From: Candidatus Eiseniibacteriota bacterium | GTDB lineage: Bacteria > Eisenbacteria > RBG-16-71-46 > CAZAMP01 | Assembly: GCA_965224245.1 (NCBI GenBank) | Contig: OZ245046.1 | Span: 4,928,001-4,992,000 of the forward strand | Direction of reading: 5' to 3' | Length of the DNA: 64,000 nt | Part shown: positions 58,915 through 64,000 of the stretch, in pieces | Position numbering within the stretch: position 1 is the first letter of the stretch | Layout of the letters: every line of letters begins with the position of its first letter | Notes under the pieces: model-generated | The model's input: only the letters and a program-made list of their open reading frames with translations | Databases searched by the model: none | Told to the model about the DNA's origin: nothing | Translations under genes and position numbers: made by a program

Positions 58915-59604
58915 TCAGAACGGGACGTCGACCGCGCGGCAGAGGAACCGCATGAAGGGCGTGGCATCGGCGCAGCGCCGGGCGATCTCGTCGGGGAGCG
59001 TCCGGCTCGCCACGAGGCGCGGCGTCAGCGCGGTGACCGCGATGAAGTCCTTGCGCATCAGATCGTCCACGAACGGGTGCCCGGGATCGAAGCCTCGCGG
59101 CGGCCGCTTCAGCCGGCCCCCTTCGAGCCGGAACGCCTCGGCGAAGGGTGCGGCATCCCTCGCCTTTCGCCAGTCCGCGGGGCGCCCGGCGATGCGCTCC
59201 CGGATCCCGCGGAGGGCGTCGGGCTCCGGATGCCACATCCCAACGCCCAGGAACAGCGAGCCCGGCTCGACGTGGACGTAGTAGCCGGGCGCGTGGACGT
59301 CTTTTCCCGCCGCATGCCGGAACTGGATGCCCACGTTGGTCTTGTAGGGCGCCTTGTTCTTCGAGAATCGCGTGTCGCGGTAGACGCGCATGATCGACCC
59401 GCCGCTCTTCTTGGGCACGGCCTCGAAGTGCCGGCTGATCCTCCGGAGCCGGGGACCCATCTCCGACACGAACGCCAGCGCCGGCTCCATCACGTCGCGC
59501 TCGTAGCGCGCCTTGTTCGCGGTGAACCACTCACGGTCGTTGTTCGACGAGAGCTCGGTCAGGAACGACATCGTCTTCCGCCCGAAGCCCGAAAAGTCCG
59601 CCAT
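58915..59604 (-). CDS. DUF2461 (TIGR02453) family protein
   Basis: FLTELSSNNDREWF...RVYRDTRFSKNKAPYK...LKRPPRGF; GAGGAG RBS. Confidence 0.92.
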   Translation of the reverse strand: MADFSGFGRKTMSFLTELSSNNDREWFTANKARYERDVMEPALAFVSEMGPRLRRISRHFEAVPKKSGGSIMRVYRDTRFSKNKAPYKTNVGIQFRHAAGKDVHAPGYYVHVEPGSLFLGVGMWHPEPDALRGIRERIAGRPADWRKARDAAPFAEAFRLEGGRLKRPPRGFDPGHPFVDDLMRKDFIAVTALTPRLVASRTLPDEIARRCADATPFMRFLCRAVDVPF

Positions 59605-59739
59605 GCGTCGCACTCCTCTTCCGGTTCTGTCGACCTCCACGACGATCAGGGTATACTGACGGGCCGCTCCACACACGATCAACCGGTTCGGCCGGCTGCG
59701 CCGGGTCCGACGCACACGTCCGAGAAAGGGTCGCTCGCC

Positions 59740-60174
59740 GTGCACCGATCACAGCACATCAAGGACATCATGATTCGTGACGTCGTCACTCTGAGCCCGC
59801 AGGATCCGGTCACCGAGGCGATCGCGCTCATGGCCGAGGAGCGCGTATCCGCGATCCCCGTCGTGGACGCCAAGCGGCGATGCGTGGGAGTCCTGTCGGT
59901 CACCGATCTCGTTCGCCTGGCGGGGGCGACGCTCCCGGGAGCGCCCGATCCCGACGAGCTTCTCGGAGCCGGAGCGGCGCACGATCACGGCCAGCTCGTC
60001 CGAGACGTCATGGAGACCCGTGTGCTGAGCGTGAAGCCCGAGGAGCCGGTGCTCGATGCGGCGCGCGAGATGGTCAGAAGTCGTGTGCACCGACTCGTCG
60101 TGATCGACGGCGACGATCGCGTTCAGGGGATCGTGTCCACGATGGATCTTCTCGAGGCGCTCACGGCCGAATAG
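59740..60174 (+). CDS. CBS-pair domain protein
   Basis: IKDIMIRDVVTL...IPVVD...GVLSVTDL; VRDVM...HRLVVID...GIVSTMDLL. Confidence 0.9.
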   Translation: MHRSQHIKDIMIRDVVTLSPQDPVTEAIALMAEERVSAIPVVDAKRRCVGVLSVTDLVRLAGATLPGAPDPDELLGAGAAHDHGQLVRDVMETRVLSVKPEEPVLDAAREMVRSRVHRLVVIDGDDRVQGIVSTMDLLEALTAE

Positions 60175-60613
60175 CCTGCCGTCCGGCGAGCACACGCGCC
60201 GCCGGAGGGACGCGACCGTCCCACGCGCCATATGAACTCCGAGATGTGTTCACGAGCCTCGCGTGCAATGCGCGCTCACGATGCGCGAACGACTCGCACC
60301 TTGACACGTCCTCCGCACGCGCGAGACCATTGAGTCATTCGGAGAGTCTCGACCGCCATCGTTCGGTAGATGATGCCATACGACGACGCCATTGCACGGA
60401 CCCCATTCGTCCCGCCGTCGCGACAGCCCGCGTTGCGACGTCACCGGTCGCGAGGCGGCTGTCCCGTGCCGAGACGCGTCGCGCGCGGATCCGGCACTCT
60501 CAGGTCCTTTCACCCCCATACGACGGAGGCCGCACCCCGTCCGAGCCACGATTCACGAGAACCCGCCCGCACACCCACGCGTGGCGCCATGCCACTCTCC
60601 CAAAGGTGGAGCC

Positions 60614-63600
60614 ATGGAGAATGCAGAACACGCGGTCCTGACGAGACCGCCGGGATCGACGTCTTCGCCACCTGCTCACTCCGACTCCTCACGTTGCGAC
60701 CGCTCTCCCTCCCCGACGACCCGACACCTCTCGACGATACGCCAGCTCACAGCGATGCCGCATCGTCTCGCCGGACCGGCGCTCCTCGCGCTGTGCCTGG
60801 TGGCGACGCCGGCCGCGGCGGAGTCCCCGTACGGGCTCTTCAAGGACGGCCGGAAGGTCCTGGACATCTCCGACTTCGCGACCACCCGCGATGCCGCGCG
60901 AACGCTCGAGCAGGCGTTGCCGACGTTCACGCGGGGTCTCGAGCTCTATCGCGACGTGCTCGGGCGTGATCACGTTCCGTCCGGAGAGGCCACACGCTAC
61001 GGAGCGCTGGCCGTCGCGGCCCGTGACCTGGTGGCGACACTCGAGAGGCCCGGATCGCTGAGCGAGCCCGGCGCCGCGGATCGCGTGGCGAGGCTGGCCG
61101 AGCTGGCCGCGCCGGTGCGTGAGGCGAACGACGCCTACCTGAACCGGCTCGCCGCGATCGGACGGAACATCGCCGACGCGGGGTTCCCGACCGAGAAGCA
61201 AGCTCGCCACGCGGCGCTGGTTCGCGCGCACGGCGAGGCGGCGGCCTCGCTGATCGATCGCCTGGACTCGCTGTCCCGCGCGCATGCCACCGGCTCGCCG
61301 GTGGCGGCCCCGATCGCGCGTCTGGCGGACTGGTTCGCCGAGAACCCCCTGGAGCCCGAACGGGCGGAGACGTCCGACGTGCCCCGGGGTCCGACGTTGA
61401 TGGAGATCGTTCCCGCGCCGGTCGTGCCGCTGGATCCCAACCGCCGCGTGACGAGCGCGTATCCGATCGCGCCGGGCACCGAACGGGGCACGCCGTCGGA
61501 CCTGGACGAGACCATCGACGTCCAGTTCACCCCGGACATCGATGCGCTGGCCGCGTCGCTGGGCAGCTCGCCGGCGCGGATGTACGAGTACGTCCGCAAC
61601 AACGTCGAGTTCGAGGCCTACCTCGGATCGCGGAAGGGTGCCCAGCAGACGCTGGATCACGGGCGGGGTAACGACGTGGACATCGCCTCGCTCCTGATCG
61701 CGCTGTATCGCACGTCGGGCATCCCGGCGCGCTACGCCGAGGGACGCGTTCGCGTCCCGATCGATCGCTACACGAACTGGCTGGGCGTCGACGACAAGAC
61801 CCAGGCGGGAAGCCTGCTGGCCACCGCCGGACTGCAAGCGACACTCGAGATCTTCGGATCGGACACCGTGTCGGTGTCGCTGCAGCGCGTCTGGGTCGAG
61901 GCCTACGTGCCGTTCGACAACTACCGAGGGGCACCGAGCGACACGGCCGGCGCCCGGTGGATCCCGCTGGACCCCGCGTTCAAGCAATACGACGTGACGC
62001 CGGGGATCAACTTCGCCGCCGAGCAGGGCGTCGACGGCGACACGTTCGTGGACGACTACATCTCGACGTTCCGGGTCGAGCCGCCGATCGAGAAGCTCGA
62101 GGCCGATCTCCTCGCGGCGCTGCCCGGCGCACATCCGGGTCTCGGCATCGACGACATCGTGGACCGGCGATCGGTTCGCGCCGAAGAAGACGGCATCCTG
62201 CCGGGGACGTTGCCCTACGAGCTGGTCACCAAGGACGGTGTCTTCTCCGAGGTCGTGACCGACGATCGGTACCACGTTCGTTTTCATCTGCACGACGGCG
62301 GCGGCATGGATCTCGACTACACCACGTCGACGCCCGAGCTGGCCGGCAAGCAGGTGACGATCTCGTACATCGGTGCCACAACGGCCGACCAGGACGTCAT
62401 CGATGCGGCCGGGAGCTTCTTCAACATCGCGACACCCTACCTCGTGGACGTGGTGCCGCAGCTGAAGATCGACGGCTGCGTGGTGGCCACCGCCAGCGGC
62501 TTCGTGACGATGGGCTACTCGCACGGCTCGGACATGCACTTCACGCCGCCGGTCGGCGCGTCGAACCAGGTTCCCGCGGTCTTCAACACGATCGCGGCCG
62601 GCAACTCGCAGGGCATCGGCATCGACACGCAGGACGCGCTGCCCGCGCTCTTCGACGTCCCGTCCACGACGTGTGACGAGGACTACCTGACCCAGGAGCT
62701 GCATCAGACGGCGTTGACGTACCTGAACAACGTGGATCGGGCCGAGGATCGACTGGCCGAGCTGCTTCACGTGGTGCACATCAACGACGTCTCCGAGGCC
62801 ATCGTCGAGAGCTCGGTGCGCATCCTGTTCTCCAGCGGTCTCCCGATCACGTTCGACTGGACCGGGATGATCGTCGACGCGGACCGGAAGATCGTCGGCT
62901 CGTTCGCCGTGGACGGACAGGCCACGCCGTACGACTTCCTGCGCATCGGAGGCGCCGACGGGTCGGTGCAGGAGAATCGCGTCTTCGAGACGCGCTACGA
63001 CGAGGAGGCGATCTCGGCCATCAAGATCCTCGGTCTGGCCGCGGACTCGCTGATCACGATCTGCGACATCACGACCTCGATCGGCGTGGACTGCCCCGAC
63101 ATCGATCAGTCGGCGTCGGTGATCGCGGCCATCAACGCCGCGCTCGGCATCGGCCATCGCGTGATCATTCCCGAGCGCGACTTCACGTACTACAACTGGT
63201 CGGGCACGGGATACATCGATCTCGATCCCACGTCGGGAGCGGCGGGATACATCATCGCCGGCGGCCAGAGCGGCGGCGCCACGGTGCAGGACTGGTCCGC
63301 GGAGCTGGCGGGCATGCTGGCGTCGGGAACGATCTGCATCGAGCCCTCGGGCACGATCACGGTGGCCCCGGCCGCCGACGTCGGCGACGACAAGTATTGC
63401 CGTGACAACGACGCCAACTGGGAGTTCACCGTCCCCACGATCCAGGGTTGGGGCGTGGACGAGGACGACAACTGCAAGGCCACGAACACGCTCACCAACG
63501 AGACGTTCACGGTCACGAACTACACGATCAAGGAGCTGGCCGACAGCGACACGTTCGGGCCGGGCACGTACACGTTCCGCATCGGATCGCCGATCGACCC

Positions 63601-64000
63601 CTACGGCTGCGGCTGCACCATCATCGAGAAGGAAGTGACGATCTACGCCGCGGTCGTGAAGACGCTGAACCCGAGCGGCGAGTTCGAGCTCGGATCCGAC
63701 CTCGCGATCGACTACGAGGTCGTCCCGTCGGACTTCAGCTTCGACAGCGCCAAGCTCCAGGTGAAGAACGCCAACGACGACCTGGTCTACGAGATGACCG
63801 GCCTCGACGGCAGCGGGGGAGCCCACTCCACGATGTGGGAGAAGGGCAAGTGGAACCAGGGTTCCACGCCGTACCCGTACGCGAACCCCAAGAACGGGGA
63901 GTACGAGATCATCGTGGTCGGAACCGTGGGCGGGATGGACTGCGAGTCGGAGCCGGAGACGGTCGAGACGAAGCTCGTGCTGGAGGCCGACATCACGGAT
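60614..64000 (+). CDS. Large secreted transglutaminase-like domain protein, truncated at window edge
   Basis: Not in the ORF track; open frame from ATG 60614 (AGGTGGAG RBS; alternative ATG 60755). Signal ALLALCLVATPAAA; YEYVRNNVEFEAYLGSRKGAQQTL...GNDVDIASLLIALYRTSGIPARY...VWVEAY...WIPLDP. Confidence 0.85.
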   Translation, partial: MENAEHAVLTRPPGSTSSPPAHSDSSRCDRSPSPTTRHLSTIRQLTAMPHRLAGPALLALCLVATPAAAESPYGLFKDGRKVLDISDFATTRDAARTLEQALPTFTRGLELYRDVLGRDHVPSGEATRYGALAVAARDLVATLERPGSLSEPGAADRVARLAELAAPVREANDAYLNRLAAIGRNIADAGFPTEKQARHAALVRAHGEAAASLIDRLDSLSRAHATGSPVAAPIARLADWFAENPLEPERAETSDVPRGPTLMEIVPAPVVPLDPNRRVTSAYPIAPGTERGTPSDLDETIDVQFTPDIDALAASLGSSPARMYEYVRNNVEFEAYLGSRKGAQQTLDHGRGNDVDIASLLIALYRTSGIPARYAEGRVRVPIDRYTNWLGVDDKTQAGSLLATAGLQATLEIFGSDTVSVSLQRVWVEAYVPFDNYRGAPSDTAGARWIPLDPAFKQYDVTPGINFAAEQGVDGDTFVDDYISTFRVEPPIEKLEADLLAALPGAHPGLGIDDIVDRRSVRAEEDGILPGTLPYELVTKDGVFSEVVTDDRYHVRFHLHDGGGMDLDYTTSTPELAGKQVTISYIGATTADQDVIDAAGSFFNIATPYLVDVVPQLKIDGCVVATASGFVTMGYSHGSDMHFTPPVGASNQVPAVFNTIAAGNSQGIGIDTQDALPALFDVPSTTCDEDYLTQELHQTALTYLNNVDRAEDRLAELLHVVHINDVSEAIVESSVRILFSSGLPITFDWTGMIVDADRKIVGSFAVDGQATPYDFLRIGGADGSVQENRVFETRYDEEAISAIKILGLAADSLITICDITTSIGVDCPDIDQSASVIAAINAALGIGHRVIIPERDFTYYNWSGTGYIDLDPTSGAAGYIIAGGQSGGATVQDWSAELAGMLASGTICIEPSGTITVAPAADVGDDKYCRDNDANWEFTVPTIQGWGVDEDDNCKATNTLTNETFTVTNYTIKELADSDTFGPGTYTFRIGSPIDPYGCGCTIIEKEVTIYAAVVKTLNPSGEFELGSDLAIDYEVVPSDFSFDSAKLQVKNANDDLVYEMTGLDGSGGAHSTMWEKGKWNQGSTPYPYANPKNGEYEIIVVGTVGGMDCESEPETVETKLVLEADITD

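Noticed and set aside
60689-63826. 1045-aa minus-strand ORF
   Set aside because: Shadow of the plus-strand transglutaminase-like gene, which has recognisable motifs.

Overview
High-GC bacterial chromosomal segment dominated by secreted and envelope proteins. Six genes end in a FlgD/T9SS-like C-terminal domain. Three others, plus one pseudogene, end in a short '(T/S)(T/S)WGR(I/V)KA' tail. This pattern suggests an FCB-superphylum candidate lineage such as Eisenbacteria or Krumholzibacteriota (inference). Recognisable genes: an exported MsrB-MsrA fusion, a B12-dependent class II ribonucleotide reductase (nrdJ) with a 301-aa intein at its catalytic Cys, a DUF222-like HNH endonuclease bracketed by two G-rich tandem-repeat arrays, a TPR/sigma54 activator preceded by a small peptide-like ORF, an ECF sigma / zinc anti-sigma / exported TPR-CHAT protease triad within a ~17 kb minus-strand run of surface genes, a DEDD-like/GIY-YIG nuclease paired with an SbcD-like phosphoesterase, an RRM protein, DUF2461, a CBS protein and a partial transglutaminase-like giant protein. 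Two real genes missing from the ORF track run off the window ends (<1..1382 minus; 60614..>64000 plus). No rRNA, tRNA, CRISPR array or transposase was seen. Family assignments come from motif recognition by eye, not database searches.
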